A DNA stretch of 64,000 nt from a virus (Duplodnaviria; Heunggongvirae; Uroviricota; Caudoviricetes): IMG/VR virus record IMGVR_UViG_3300029605_000001; one strand, given 5' to 3'. Of this stretch, positions 20,364 to 30,565 are shown in pieces. The notes under the pieces are model-generated. The model did no database searches and was not told the origin of the DNA. It saw only the letters and a list, made by a program, of their open reading frames with translations. The translations under genes were made by a program, and so were the position numbers. Position 1 is the stretch's first letter. Each line of letters begins with the position of its first letter.

Positions 20364-21263
20364 TTACTTAGACGGCAGTATTTCATTAATAATTGCCTAA
20401 ATTCTTTCAAGTTTATTTTCATTGTATTTAATTATAAAGAGCTTTATATTATTTTCTTTACAGTAGTCAGAAAGGGCATTATCTCTTTTTACCTGTTCTT
20501 CATAGTGAATCTATCCTCCAAAATATTCAACAGGCATATAGTGCTACTCTCCATTTACTTCAATAATATATTCTTTCCCATTTAAATTAATGTAAAAATC
20601 AACTAAAACTTTTTTATATAACTGAAAATACTTTTCCTTCTCGAATGGGATTTTACTTTCTTCTAACGCTAAACGAACTAGTTCTTCTCCAGCAGACTCT
20701 CTGCACTTCTAGCAGTTATGTCCAGATAAATGTTTGCCAGCACATTGCCAAAATTCGCCATGCTTGGGACAAATTACACATACTGGAGTGTTCCAAGAAA
20801 TATATTCAACTTTCGAGTAATCATATCTAGATCCATGAACTTCTTTAGCTCTAGTTATAAACTCTTCTATTGTTAATTTTCTTGGTTCATTTTGTTTAAT
20901 GCTTGCACAAGATTTACATCCAAATCTTAGAATATTATCAGCAGTAGTATGTCTAATATTACCACACTTTTTACACTTGACTGTAACATCCTAATAACTT
21001 TTATACTCAATAAAATCATATTTACTAGTATCAAGTTTAGATAAGAAAATCTTTTTAGCCTAAGACGTTCTAGAGCTTTTAACTCCACATTTAGGACATC
21101 CACATTTTGAATTAATTACTGATCGTGGAACTACTTTCCATTCATAACCACAATCTGTACATTTTACAGTTATCTTTTCGTTAGCTCCTTTATAATCTTC
21201 TACTAAAACTAAATTTTTAAATTTTTCAGAAAGTTTATCCTAAATTTCTTTTGTTGTTTTCAT
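20364..21263 (-). CDS. Vsr/DUF559-like (PD-(D/E)xK) endonuclease-family gene with zinc ribbons, containing eight in-frame TAG codons
   Basis: From ATG 21261-21263 a single frame of about 300 codons ends at TAA and is interrupted only by 8 TAG codons: MKTTKEI-TAG-DKLSEKF...CTDCGYEWKVV...CGCPKCG...IIEVNGE-TAG-HYMPVEYFGG-TAG-IHYEEQVKRDNALSDYCKENNIKLFIIKYNE... No TAA or TGA and no frameshift. Confidence 0.65.
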
Positions 21264-21279
21264 AAATATTTCATTTAAT

Positions 21280-21576
21280 TTATACACGCAAATGTAATGA
21301 AAAATCTGTTAAAAACAAATAAACATGAAATAATTTTACAATTAAGATTCTACCAAAAATCAATGCATCGCTATACTTATTATGCTTACCTAACCCCTCA
21401 AAGAAAGCTTCTGGATTATTTTCTTGAGCAGGATTTAAAAGTGATAATCTAGAATTACTAATGTATTGAGTAAATTTATCCCCAAAATATTCTGAATCAT
21501 CTATTTTTAAAATTTTAAGTGACTCCATAATTGGGGATACTTCTATCTTATTTAAGTTTTCATCGCTTAAAATCAT
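21280..21576 (-). CDS. hypothetical protein (possibly the 5' exon of a gene split by the 20141-21279 insertion)
   Basis: 98-aa ORF whose C-terminus runs into the AT-rich upstream region of the endonuclease gene. Confidence 0.25.
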   Translation of the reverse strand: MILSDENLNKIEVSPIMESLKILKIDDSEYFGDKFTQYISNSRLSLLNPAQENNPEAFFEGLGKHNKYSDALIFGRILIVKLFHVYLFLTDFSLHLRV

Positions 21577-22102
21577 TTAATAGTTCGTTAAAGTGAGGAA
21601 ACATTGTAGCTATAAACAAGTTATAACAATCGTATACCTCATCTTTATCTAAACTATAAATTCTGCCAACAGGACCCCATGATTGATTAGACTCATTATC
21701 CATTAATAAACATGGGATCCCTTTAGAATTACAGTCTATAAAAACTGATAAGGAATCATCAATATGGACATCACATCCTCCCATTTTTATCTTAGGAACC
21801 TTACTCAGGCAATGAGAGAATAATTGATACACAGGTGCTTCAGGCATATTAGTTCCTTTTAGGTAGTCCTTAATCCACCTTTTAGGTATACATCTAGCAG
21901 TTGTATACTGCCGTACCTCAAAATCAGGTCTATTAATTACAGGAAGTGAAAGCCAGAACTCTCTATCTTTCCTTAACGGACCAATTACATTTTTTGTTAT
22001 ATCAGAATCCCTCTTAGGAATTCCAAACTTGTTTATATATGGTGTATAAAAGTCACATATACATCCATCTATATCTAATGATACTTTTAACTTACAGTTC
22101 AT
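21560..22102 (-). CDS. HAD-family 5'(3')-deoxyribonucleotidase-like protein
   Basis: VSLDIDGCICDF (HAD motif I DxDG) and DVHIDDS. Confidence 0.5.
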   Translation of the reverse strand: MNCKLKVSLDIDGCICDFYTPYINKFGIPKRDSDITKNVIGPLRKDREFWLSLPVINRPDFEVRQYTTARCIPKRWIKDYLKGTNMPEAPVYQLFSHCLSKVPKIKMGGCDVHIDDSLSVFIDCNSKGIPCLLMDNESNQSWGPVGRIYSLDKDEVYDCYNLFIATMFPHFNELLNDFKR

Positions 22103-22301
22103 TTATATCTGAAATTTCTCCAAGTAAAATATCCTGACTGTCTAGGTCATTCTTAAATGTATTCCAATCGTCAGAGTCTGAATAATCAGAAAAATATTCC
22201 ATTATCTTTCCTTGACAATGTCTATAACTTCTAGCTACAAACTTTTTATTGTATACTTTAGATTTACCTATTTCACAGACAGGAATGATATACTCATTCA
22301 T
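22092..22301 (-). CDS. hypothetical protein
   Basis: 69-aa ORF; its ATG overlaps the upstream TGA (ATGA). Confidence 0.3.
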   Translation of the reverse strand: MNEYIIPVCEIGKSKVYNKKFVARSYRHCQGKIMEYFSDYSDSDDWNTFKNDLDSQDILLGEISDINEL

Positions 22302-22851
22302 TGTGATACTTATTTAATAGTTTATAAAAGAAATCTACATCTATAATTGCTACAGTACCTTTACTAATCTCTCCAGCCTTAGAAGATTTTTTCCATATCA
22401 GTACGAATTCTCTAGGATCTGTACAAGAATCTCTAATATCAAAATAATTAGGAAATTTAGCATAATGTTTAGCTTGTATAGCTACATCTAATTCCCCAGA
22501 GGGGTCTGCAATATCAACTTTATTATTATCAAGATTTTTAGATTCTCCAGCTGATCTGCATACATTTGAGTAACCAATACTTTTTAATTTTTCTACTATT
22601 TCATATTCAAGATCTCTTCCTTTAGATTTAGATTTCTTAGCCCTAAAATGTCTGGCTGTGTGCTCATTTAGCCACTGAAACTCAGTATTATCTTTACCCT
22701 TAGTTCCAGGCTTATTGCATCTAATTTTGATAGCTGCAATAGAAATTCCTGTGTAAGCACTAGCTTCTTCTATAGATGAGAACTCCTTGACTGTTCCATC
22801 TTTAAATATAGCCTTACAAGAAGTGTCTAACTCATTCTAACTCTTTTTCAT
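22294..22851 (-). CDS. hypothetical protein (HTH-like N-terminus) whose only start lies upstream of an in-frame TAG
   Basis: ATG 22849-22851: MKKS-TAG-NELDTSCKAIFKDGTVKEFSSIEEASAYTGISIAAIKIRC... 178 open codons follow the TAG with no ATG, GTG or TTG in frame. The ORF track misses it. Confidence 0.5.
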
Positions 22852-22872
22852 TTTTCTATAATATTTTAAAGG

Positions 22873-23883
22873 TTATTTTTCAATTTGTTTTAACTTATTA
22901 GTATAGGTATTAATCAGATTTAATGTAAATTCCCTTCCGTACTTTGCATAAAAATCAGAAAAATCTTTAGCATCATATTTTCTAGGAATAAAAAAATAAT
23001 GGAGTTCTGGATGCTTCTTTTTTATTTTATTCATATTAGCAATTCCAGGCTTATCATTATCATAAAATACAACTATATACTTAAATCTCTTTTTAAGATC
23101 ATCAAGCACTGTATCAGATATAAATAGATTTTCACTATTAGGTGCACAAGCTGTTATACCACAAGAGTACATAGACATGCAGTCCTTCATTGACTTAGTA
23201 ATAACTAATAAATCTCCAGATTTTGGTAGTTGATCAAAACCTTGAATTTTTTTACTTGGCCAATTAGTAATAAATCTAAATGATGTCCTTTTTGGGAAAT
23301 AGCATCTCCATAACTCTATACCTTGATACTTCTTTCCATAATATCCAAAAATTGGACAATGTTGCTGAGATTTAGCAACTAATTGGCCATTAAGGAATAA
23401 ATGTTTACATGAATAAACATTAAAATGTTTAAGAATATCAATTGTAATACCATATTTTTTCCAATACTTTAATTCTAGTTCAGTAAAATCTTGGATTTCT
23501 ACTTGTATCTTAGAAGATTTTTTAATTTCAAGTTTTACTGGATTTTCATTTAGCTTTCCATGATTTTTCTTGAAGACATTTGATGTTAATATTCCAAAAT
23601 CATTAGCTATTATCTTTAAAGAATCAAAGTAATTACAATTAAACATACATTGAACTACTCCAAACACATCTAGATATTGTCCAGTAGCAAAATCCTTAAA
23701 AATTAAAGTTCCAGAGTTATTTCTATAGAAACTACATGTTGGTTTCTTATCTTCTCTTAATGGAGATCTAAATAATCCCTTTTTTACAGGGACATTTAGA
23801 TAATACTCCATTAATTGTTCTTCAGAAAACCTAGATAAAATAAGCTCTTTTGTTAACTTATTAGGTTCAAACGAGAAATTCAT
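22873..23883 (-). CDS. DNA primase (zinc-ribbon plus TOPRIM)
   Basis: FRSPLREDKKPTCSFY resembles the CHC2 zinc-ribbon primase motif. YIVVFYDNDKPG is TOPRIM-like. Confidence 0.65.
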   Translation of the reverse strand: MNFSFEPNKLTKELILSRFSEEQLMEYYLNVPVKKGLFRSPLREDKKPTCSFYRNNSGTLIFKDFATGQYLDVFGVVQCMFNCNYFDSLKIIANDFGILTSNVFKKNHGKLNENPVKLEIKKSSKIQVEIQDFTELELKYWKKYGITIDILKHFNVYSCKHLFLNGQLVAKSQQHCPIFGYYGKKYQGIELWRCYFPKRTSFRFITNWPSKKIQGFDQLPKSGDLLVITKSMKDCMSMYSCGITACAPNSENLFISDTVLDDLKKRFKYIVVFYDNDKPGIANMNKIKKKHPELHYFFIPRKYDAKDFSDFYAKYGREFTLNLINTYTNKLKQIEK

Positions 23884-24005
23884 ACTTTATAACTTTACAT
23901 ATCCATTTATAGACTTAAAATATAAAAATAATAAATTTCCTGAATAAAACCAAAAAAAAATTATTTACTTACTAAAAATTACTAAGCTTATAGCAACTTT
24001 TAATA

Positions 24006-24725
24006 TTACAAACTTCCTCCAAGTAAATCATTAAAATCTATATCCTCAGAGCCATATCCAGGCTTATCGGTATTAGTTAGAGGATCAGTTTGTTTATCAG
24101 GCATAGGAGTTGGTTTAGCATTCTCATACTCTGCCTTCTTAGACTCTTCATAAGCTGAGAAGAATAATTTATCCCCAATAAAGTTATCACAGGTAAACTT
24201 CTCTCCATCCTTATTGATAGCTACAAACTTAGGAAGACTAGCTACAATGCTACCATTTTGGTTTCTTCCTACTAATTTAAGCTTAGTCTCCTTACCTTTT
24301 ACTGGGTTAGTTACTGCAATAAAGGCTTTGACTACATCATCAAAGGATTTAAATACGGAACTAGCTTTTTGCATTTTCTTAAATCCTTCAGGATTAAGTA
24401 CTTCTGCTACTTGCGCAATAAATGTCATAGTTCTATCAAATGAAGAAGCCCCAAGATATTCATGGCCATCCTTACTTACATAGACAGGACGTTTATCATC
24501 CCCATCTTTAGGATAGAATATAGACTCTTCGTAAAATCCATTGTCACCATCAAATCGTACCTTCAAAATATCATAAGTGGCATCAGGGTCTTTTCTGCCT
24601 TTAATTGTTTCTTTTCTAGCTCCTGAGAATTTTACATCATATATTCCCCAGGGTTTAAGACGTTGTTGTATGTTAGAAGTTGCTTGAGTTGTTGCTAATG
24701 ATCCAAAGTCGAATTTTTGTTCCAT
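24006..24725 (-). CDS. putative ssDNA-binding protein (acidic C-terminal tail)
   Basis: Position next to primase and helicase. C-terminus ...GSEDIDFNDLLGGSL resembles the acidic tails of SSBs. Confidence 0.35.
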   Translation of the reverse strand: MEQKFDFGSLATTQATSNIQQRLKPWGIYDVKFSGARKETIKGRKDPDATYDILKVRFDGDNGFYEESIFYPKDGDDKRPVYVSKDGHEYLGASSFDRTMTFIAQVAEVLNPEGFKKMQKASSVFKSFDDVVKAFIAVTNPVKGKETKLKLVGRNQNGSIVASLPKFVAINKDGEKFTCDNFIGDKLFFSAYEESKKAEYENAKPTPMPDKQTDPLTNTDKPGYGSEDIDFNDLLGGSL

Positions 24726-24741
24726 ACTAAATATTTGTTTT

Positions 24742-25353
24742 TTAAAGTCTAAATAAACTAGAATCTATTTCACTAATATTTGTATCTTGATCATCTATTA
24801 CTTCATCTATATTTAGATCAAATGGGAGATCTAAATCCTCATTATCATCTATTTTTACATTTTTATCTTCAGTCTCTACTTCTCTCTTTTCGGAAGTAGA
24901 TACTAATCTAAATAACCCTTCTTTAGAAGGATGTGGAATTAAAACAAAGTCAGTTCCATAACGTGCTAATTCATCATGATTACTACCACGACATGCAACA
25001 GTATTTGATTTACTTAGTTTATTACCAGAACTAACACCAAAGGCAATATTCGTCCCTATTACTGGTATTGTACCAGATTTGTTTTCCTCATATTTTATAA
25101 CTAACTTAGAGGATTCATTTAATTGCATTAATGAAATAGCGGACGTAGATAGTCTATATTTATTATCCTCTAAGACTAATTTAGGTTCACCATTATCATC
25201 TATGCTTAATTGATTTTTTGTATGTTTTAAATCAGACTTACCTATATTTCTATCTATAAGTCTTGTTTCAAGTATTTCTCCTGTGTCTATATTAACTGAC
25301 ATTTCATAGGTCAGTACTATAGTAAAAGTCTCTTTTTTAATTGTATCAGCCAT
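24742..25353 (-). CDS. hypothetical protein (acidic C-terminus)
   Basis: 203-aa minus-strand ORF. Confidence 0.3.
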   Translation of the reverse strand: MADTIKKETFTIVLTYEMSVNIDTGEILETRLIDRNIGKSDLKHTKNQLSIDDNGEPKLVLEDNKYRLSTSAISLMQLNESSKLVIKYEENKSGTIPVIGTNIAFGVSSGNKLSKSNTVACRGSNHDELARYGTDFVLIPHPSKEGLFRLVSTSEKREVETEDKNVKIDDNEDLDLPFDLNIDEVIDDQDTNISEIDSSLFRL

Positions 25354-25571
25354 TAGTCTTCCTCATTATATTCCTTTATTCTTTTAATAACAGCATCTAA
25401 ATCATTATCTATAAGAATATCAGAAAATAATCCCATTGGAGTCTTAGCTGTACAGGTCCCATCAGAATTGGTTACAAATTTATAAGATGGTTCATTATTT
25501 TCATTTAATACCACTCTAGTAAACAATACATAAGTAAATAATCCCTCAAGAGTGATAACAGAATCAAGCAT
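25353..25571 (-). CDS. hypothetical protein; possibly the 3' exon of the P-loop ATPase gene 26755..27231
   Basis: 72-aa ORF immediately downstream of an intron-like segment that carries a GIY-YIG ORF. Confidence 0.3.
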   Translation of the reverse strand: MLDSVITLEGLFTYVLFTRVVLNENNEPSYKFVTNSDGTCTAKTPMGLFSDILIDNDLDAVIKRIKEYNEED

Positions 25572-26754
25572 TTTCGTATAACTACATAAATTAGCAAGTA
25601 GTAATCATCTACTCAATTTATGCCAACCGTGTTTCCACGGGAACTGACTAAGTATTCATAAATTCTTAAAATCCTTATATTTCATAAAAACAAACCCTTT
25701 AACACTATCAATCTTCCCATTACAGCAATGGGATATACTTTGTGTTGATACTCCTGTTGCCTTACTAGCAAGTATTGCTGTTCTGTAGATAGCTATTAAA
25801 TTGTTCTTTAAGTCAAACTGACAAACACTATTTGGGGCATAATTAACAACTGGAGTATTATCATTTTTATATCTCCAAATGTAACCCCCCGCTGTATTAT
25901 GATTTGGTCTATGAGCACAACAGTGTCCAATATTCGCTCTGTCTATACCTAGAACTCTAGCAGCTTCAGATATTGAAGGCCATTCCTTTATTAATTCTCC
26001 ATTTTTGGAGAACTGCTTAATATATTCACCTTGTAATTCGGTTATTGAATCTTTGACTTTCTTCTTAGTTTCTTTAGAGCGTTTTATTCCTTTTAATCCT
26101 TCTGAGATTTTTTTTCTGGTCACTTCGTCTCTAGGTACGCCTCTGATCTTGGAAGCTCTTAGCTCAATACTTTCTTTACTGAAGTGCTGATTACCGTCAC
26201 CTCCATCAGTTAGGTTAGTTAGATTGAATCCCCACACTTTCATCTGGGAAATCCAATACTGTTCAAACCATTTCCAGTCCTCATTATCATCAAATTGAAG
26301 TGAGTCTAACTCCTCTATAATAATAGAATATCCCTCATCTAATTCATGATTAATCCAATTATAGTTATGGTTTTTATAATTACCTAACTTTTTGGCTTTC
26401 CTTGCATCACATAAGTGACCTTGTAATCTCCTCTTTAGTGTTTGTTTTGTTTTTCCTATATACCTAATATTATTTAGGTCCCTAGTCGAGCTCAATGTGT
26501 AAATCTTAATTTCCATATCAGTAATATTTAATATTACAAATATAGATTAATTATTTTACACATCAAAGGATTTTTAAAAAATTTACATCCCCATTTCAAA
26601 AACAGGCGATTAACTCTGTTTCTTACGTAGCCGATCCGCTACTAGTCAATACACGCGCCCGGAATTACTTCCTGCTTGGCTCGGCATTAGCATACATTTA
26701 GTCTCACGACTCAAGCTCCAGCCTTCACCGAATTAGGGGTTATACAGGCAATTA
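25572..26754 (-). mobile_element. group I-type intron-like element carrying a GIY-YIG endonuclease ORF
   Basis: GC-rich structured segment 26600-26750 (much higher GC than surroundings). GNRA-capped hairpin CCGTG-GAAA-CACGG at 25615-25627. The GIY-YIG ORF is looped between them, as in T4 td/I-TevI. Confidence 0.45.
25656..26516 (-). CDS. GIY-YIG homing endonuclease (I-TevI-like) with NUMOD-type HTH repeats; no in-frame TAG
   Basis: IYTLSSTRDLNNIRYIGKT (GIY...YIG), RRLQGH, EQYWISQ, NLTDGGDG. Two HTH repeats ISEAARVLGIDRANIGHCC and ILASKATGVSTQSISHCC. Confidence 0.8.
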   Translation of the reverse strand: MEIKIYTLSSTRDLNNIRYIGKTKQTLKRRLQGHLCDARKAKKLGNYKNHNYNWINHELDEGYSIIIEELDSLQFDDNEDWKWFEQYWISQMKVWGFNLTNLTDGGDGNQHFSKESIELRASKIRGVPRDEVTRKKISEGLKGIKRSKETKKKVKDSITELQGEYIKQFSKNGELIKEWPSISEAARVLGIDRANIGHCCAHRPNHNTAGGYIWRYKNDNTPVVNYAPNSVCQFDLKNNLIAIYRTAILASKATGVSTQSISHCCNGKIDSVKGFVFMKYKDFKNL

Positions 26755-27231
26755 TTAATTACCTTGAGTTTTTATTTTATAATATGGATTAATGTTATCC
26801 CCTGTATTCTCACTATGAGTCAGTACACATACTACTAAATCATCTCTCATTCCCATTGCTGCTTTAAGAGCTTCATAAGCATGTTTAGCCATATCAGTAA
26901 ATTTTCCATACCCCTTTTCATCTACTCTAGCCATTGCTTCAAAAGCCTGAAGATACTGATAATCATCAATTATCAATGTCTTTATATAGGTTAGCTTCTT
27001 ATCAACAATAGCCATCATTTTCTTAATGTTATCTATATTAGAAGTAGTATAAAAATTACCAGTTATTCCACTTCCAGTTATTTCAACATCAGGATACTTC
27101 TTTCTAGCTCCTTTTATACCAGGTCTTTTTCCAGTAGTACTAATAATAAAAGTTTCACTAGGGTTTAAATTCCTAATACTTGTAGTTTTTCCACTTCCAC
27201 TCTCTCCAACAATTGCAATTAATTCTGCCAT
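26755..27231 (-). CDS. P-loop ATPase (AAA_24/Sak4-like RecA-fold), probably exon 1 of a split gene
   Basis: Walker A GESGSGKTT. Walker B TLIIDDYQ. Ends ...KIKTQGN immediately before the GC-rich intron-like segment. Confidence 0.5.
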   Translation of the reverse strand: MAELIAIVGESGSGKTTSIRNLNPSETFIISTTGKRPGIKGARKKYPDVEITGSGITGNFYTTSNIDNIKKMMAIVDKKLTYIKTLIIDDYQYLQAFEAMARVDEKGYGKFTDMAKHAYEALKAAMGMRDDLVVCVLTHSENTGDNINPYYKIKTQGN

Positions 27232-28322
27232 TATAATATAAATTTAGAATTTTGATCATTATGATTATCATCTTCTATCTCTATATTATCTTTACCATCT
27301 ATATACCATCTTGGGTTATTGAATATTCCATAATCATTAATAGAACTAGCTGGAGGCATTTCTACCCACTTATTACACTTACCATCGTAATACAGAAAAT
27401 CCTCAACATTTGACTCTCCATATCTAGATTTCAATACAAAAATACTTCTAAAGGAATCACCTAATTGCTTTATGTCATATCCTCTATGAGAATTAAGTTT
27501 AGATTTATCAGGTGAAAATATTGCTAAAATAATCTCAGCATCCTCTACAGTACTATTAGTATCCTTAAGATCTGAAGTTAACGGAATAACCATTCCCTCT
27601 TTTCTTCTGTCCATACTCTGAATACCTCTATTCATTTGCTGAATAACAATAGGACTAATACCACATCTATTCTTTAAAGAATATAAATATTTGCTAGTTA
27701 AGTCCATTTCTTGTTTAAGTGTATTGCCAGGAGAACAAAATACTCTAGCTAAGTGATCTATGATTACTATATGAACTAAGTCTGGATCATCAGGATAATA
27801 AATTTTTCTATTTTCAGTTTCTTTAAAATGCCCTCTATTCTCAAGTTCTTTTAGCAAATTACTATATATTGAGTTAGCTGTCGCACTTTTATCATATATA
27901 GTGAGAATAGATTCTACTTTTTTCATCCATGGGACGCATTCTTTAACAATAGAATAGCAGCTATCATTAAGAATAAATCCTTTTTGCACAGATAATAATT
28001 GTTTTATACTCAATCTTATACCATAGGTTTCAAAAATATAAGTAGATAACAATTTAGCTAATATTTTATCTGCACTCATTTCTAGACTAAACAAACTTAT
28101 TTTAAACTTACCATCATCAAGATGATCCATTATAGGACGATAGATATATGAATATAGCATAAAACTAGATTTACCTACACCAGATTCAGCCGCAATTAAA
28201 GTATATACTCCTTTGCATACCCCGTCTATAACTTGCTCTAATTTTGGTAAACCAATACTATACCCTTGCTCCTTACCTTCTCGTCCTCTATCGATAGCCT
28301 GCAACAGAGACTCAGTAATCAT
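27231..28322 (-). CDS. DnaB-like replicative DNA helicase (RecA-fold C-terminal domain)
   Basis: Walker A GVYTLIAAESGVGKSS. Walker B HIVIIDHLARV. IQQMNRG resembles DnaB motif H4. Confidence 0.65.
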   Translation of the reverse strand: MITESLLQAIDRGREGKEQGYSIGLPKLEQVIDGVCKGVYTLIAAESGVGKSSFMLYSYIYRPIMDHLDDGKFKISLFSLEMSADKILAKLLSTYIFETYGIRLSIKQLLSVQKGFILNDSCYSIVKECVPWMKKVESILTIYDKSATANSIYSNLLKELENRGHFKETENRKIYYPDDPDLVHIVIIDHLARVFCSPGNTLKQEMDLTSKYLYSLKNRCGISPIVIQQMNRGIQSMDRRKEGMVIPLTSDLKDTNSTVEDAEIILAIFSPDKSKLNSHRGYDIKQLGDSFRSIFVLKSRYGESNVEDFLYYDGKCNKWVEMPPASSINDYGIFNNPRWYIDGKDNIEIEDDNHNDQNSKFIL

Positions 28323-28936
28323 AAAGCTTTTATATTGTCAAAGTTATAATTACATGTATCTCCATTTCTAATTGCATCTAAATCTAGCCAAGCATTATTT
28401 ATTACAAAACTGGATAAGGATTGTTTTATTAAATCTTTATCCTTAGCCCATCTAACTAGATCCATTATTTGATTATGTCTCTCTAAATTCCATCCAATAT
28501 TTTTCCCATATCTAAAATAGCAATCTTCAAGAGAATTAAAATGTTTAGAAACACCCCTTAAAGTTGTTATACACCCATTAATAATTGTCATTTGTGGGTA
28601 TTCCATAAATAACTCTTTTCCAAGTTCAAAAGAGCTCTTATAAAGAGTTTTTATAAAGTTCTTATTAAATGGAATAGAATAAGGGTCAAATCTTTCTCCT
28701 TCATTAGGAACCTTATATGACTTTAGAATTATGTCCTTGTTTTGTAAGGATAAAAGTACATCTCTTAATTTAATATTACATGAATACAGAGTTTCTATGT
28801 ATATCTTAAATAATTCCTCATTATGCTCATCTTGAAGAATTAATAATGTTTTAATTAACATTAATTCATTAGGTGTAATTCTATACTTACTAAGGACTGA
28901 GACTTCTTCGTCTAAGTTTAAGACTAAATTTTTCAA
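28319..28936 (-). CDS. hypothetical protein (possible helicase accessory or loader by position)
   Basis: 205-aa ORF overlapping the helicase start by 4 nt. Confidence 0.25.
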   Translation of the reverse strand: MKNLVLNLDEEVSVLSKYRITPNELMLIKTLLILQDEHNEELFKIYIETLYSCNIKLRDVLLSLQNKDIILKSYKVPNEGERFDPYSIPFNKNFIKTLYKSSFELGKELFMEYPQMTIINGCITTLRGVSKHFNSLEDCYFRYGKNIGWNLERHNQIMDLVRWAKDKDLIKQSLSSFVINNAWLDLDAIRNGDTCNYNFDNIKAL

Positions 28937-29185
28937 AATTGGTTTATAATTAAAGCAAATAAATGATTTAATCTAAACCAAAATAATTTAACTCTCTTTC
29001 GAGGTGGAATCAATTTTGTACTGTCTGAGAAATTCTACTACGAGATCATTGAGCCTCTATCTTATTAGTGTCATAAATTGATCCATTATATTTCAAAGTC
29101 TGTGATTGCCTATCGTATATTAAGAAATTGTTAAGTAGTTGTATTAGAACGAGAAGCTCTATCATTTTTTCATTAATCATAGTAA

Positions 29186-30496
29186 TTAATATCTAAATGT
29201 GAAATCATTAATCTTCTTAACATATAATCTTGGCTCTTTTCCCTCTAAAACATCTTCTAATCCTTTCTCATCTATTGTTATATAATGACTATTTTGATGA
29301 GAGTTTTGAAACCACTTAGTTTCAGTAGTTTGATCTATTACTATATTAAAGATTTCAGCTATTTTATTTTCCTCTTTTCTTATAGCTCTTCCTCTTCTCT
29401 GTACAGACTTAGTCTCAGATGAGTCTAATCCTAATATAATGGCTACAGATAATCCCTTTATATCTGCTCCTTCATTTAACTTTGCACAAGAATTTATAAC
29501 TCCTGTCTCCTGTAAATTGAAGTTATCTAAGTCTTCTTGGGATTTCTTTTTAGATTTAGTCTTTCCAGTATAAACAATTCCATACCCTATTGACTTAGCC
29601 ATTTGAACATTACTCGAGAAGGTTATGATTTTTGCATTCTGCCTAGCTTGAATAATTTTTCTAGCTATTTCTATTTTCTTTGGATGATTACTTATAAACT
29701 TTTTTCTATCTTGTATAGCCCTAATAAATCCAATAGCGTGAATAGTTATTTGCTTAAATACATTTTTCTTTTCCTCATTAGAAGCATTAGGATTACATAT
29801 TGCATCTCTATACCTAGCTCTGTTTATAAATCCATATTTTCCAATCATAGATTTAGCTAGATCAAAATCATAATTAAAAAATTCAAAATGCTCGATGAAC
29901 TTAGCATTAAGTGCTTTATATTCATCTATATCATCAACAGTTATCAACACTTGATATTCCTTAAATTCTGATAACCATTTATTTTTTACAGCTTCTTCAA
30001 CCGTAACAACATCTATGACTGGACAGTACTTAGCAATTAATTCATGCTTTCCATCCAGTCTTTTAAATGTCGCAGTAAGACCTAATATATACCTATATTT
30101 AACATTGGTAAATATGTGCTGAAACTTATCAGAAGCATATCTATGTGCTTCATCAATAACTAAAATATCACATACCCACGATCTAGTAATTATAGTGTTT
30201 ATTATTTGTACACTGCAGTTTAGTCCAAGTTGAAAATTATCAATATATTGATTCCATTGCTTTTCTAGATTTTCAGTTGGTACAACAATTAACACTTTAA
30301 ATCTTGGATACTTATTAATTACAGATTTAATACACTTAATAGCTGTGAAGGTTTTCCCAAAACCCGTTGCAAATTCAAATGTGCCAACACATTTATTCTT
30401 AATCCACTTTACTCTAGCTATTTCCTGCCTCTCATCTCTAGACATCGTTTTAAATAAAGTATTCTCCATAGGTAAACATAATATATAGTAAAGCAC
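29186..30496 (-). CDS. superfamily 2 DEAD/DEAH-box helicase (UvsW/Res-subunit-like)
   Basis: Motif I FATGFGKTF. Ia VVPTENL. II LVIDEAHRY. III GLTATF. VI QRRGRAIR. Confidence 0.75.
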   Translation of the reverse strand: MLYYILCLPMENTLFKTMSRDERQEIARVKWIKNKCVGTFEFATGFGKTFTAIKCIKSVINKYPRFKVLIVVPTENLEKQWNQYIDNFQLGLNCSVQIINTIITRSWVCDILVIDEAHRYASDKFQHIFTNVKYRYILGLTATFKRLDGKHELIAKYCPVIDVVTVEEAVKNKWLSEFKEYQVLITVDDIDEYKALNAKFIEHFEFFNYDFDLAKSMIGKYGFINRARYRDAICNPNASNEEKKNVFKQITIHAIGFIRAIQDRKKFISNHPKKIEIARKIIQARQNAKIITFSSNVQMAKSIGYGIVYTGKTKSKKKSQEDLDNFNLQETGVINSCAKLNEGADIKGLSVAIILGLDSSETKSVQRRGRAIRKEENKIAEIFNIVIDQTTETKWFQNSHQNSHYITIDEKGLEDVLEGKEPRLYVKKINDFTFRY

Positions 30497-30565
30497 ATAT
30501 ATTATCTATACCAATTAAATTAGAGTACTTTAGTAGGTTAACTATGTATAGAATGGTTCTTACCA

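Noticed and set aside
20364-21263. In-frame TAGs as ordinary pseudogene decay of homing endonucleases
   Set aside because: All the interruptions (more than 19 across at least 8 genes) are TAG, with no TAA or TGA. Several genes have no indels at all. One gene has no start codon unless TAG is read through. Random decay in an AT-rich genome would produce mainly TAA plus frameshifts.
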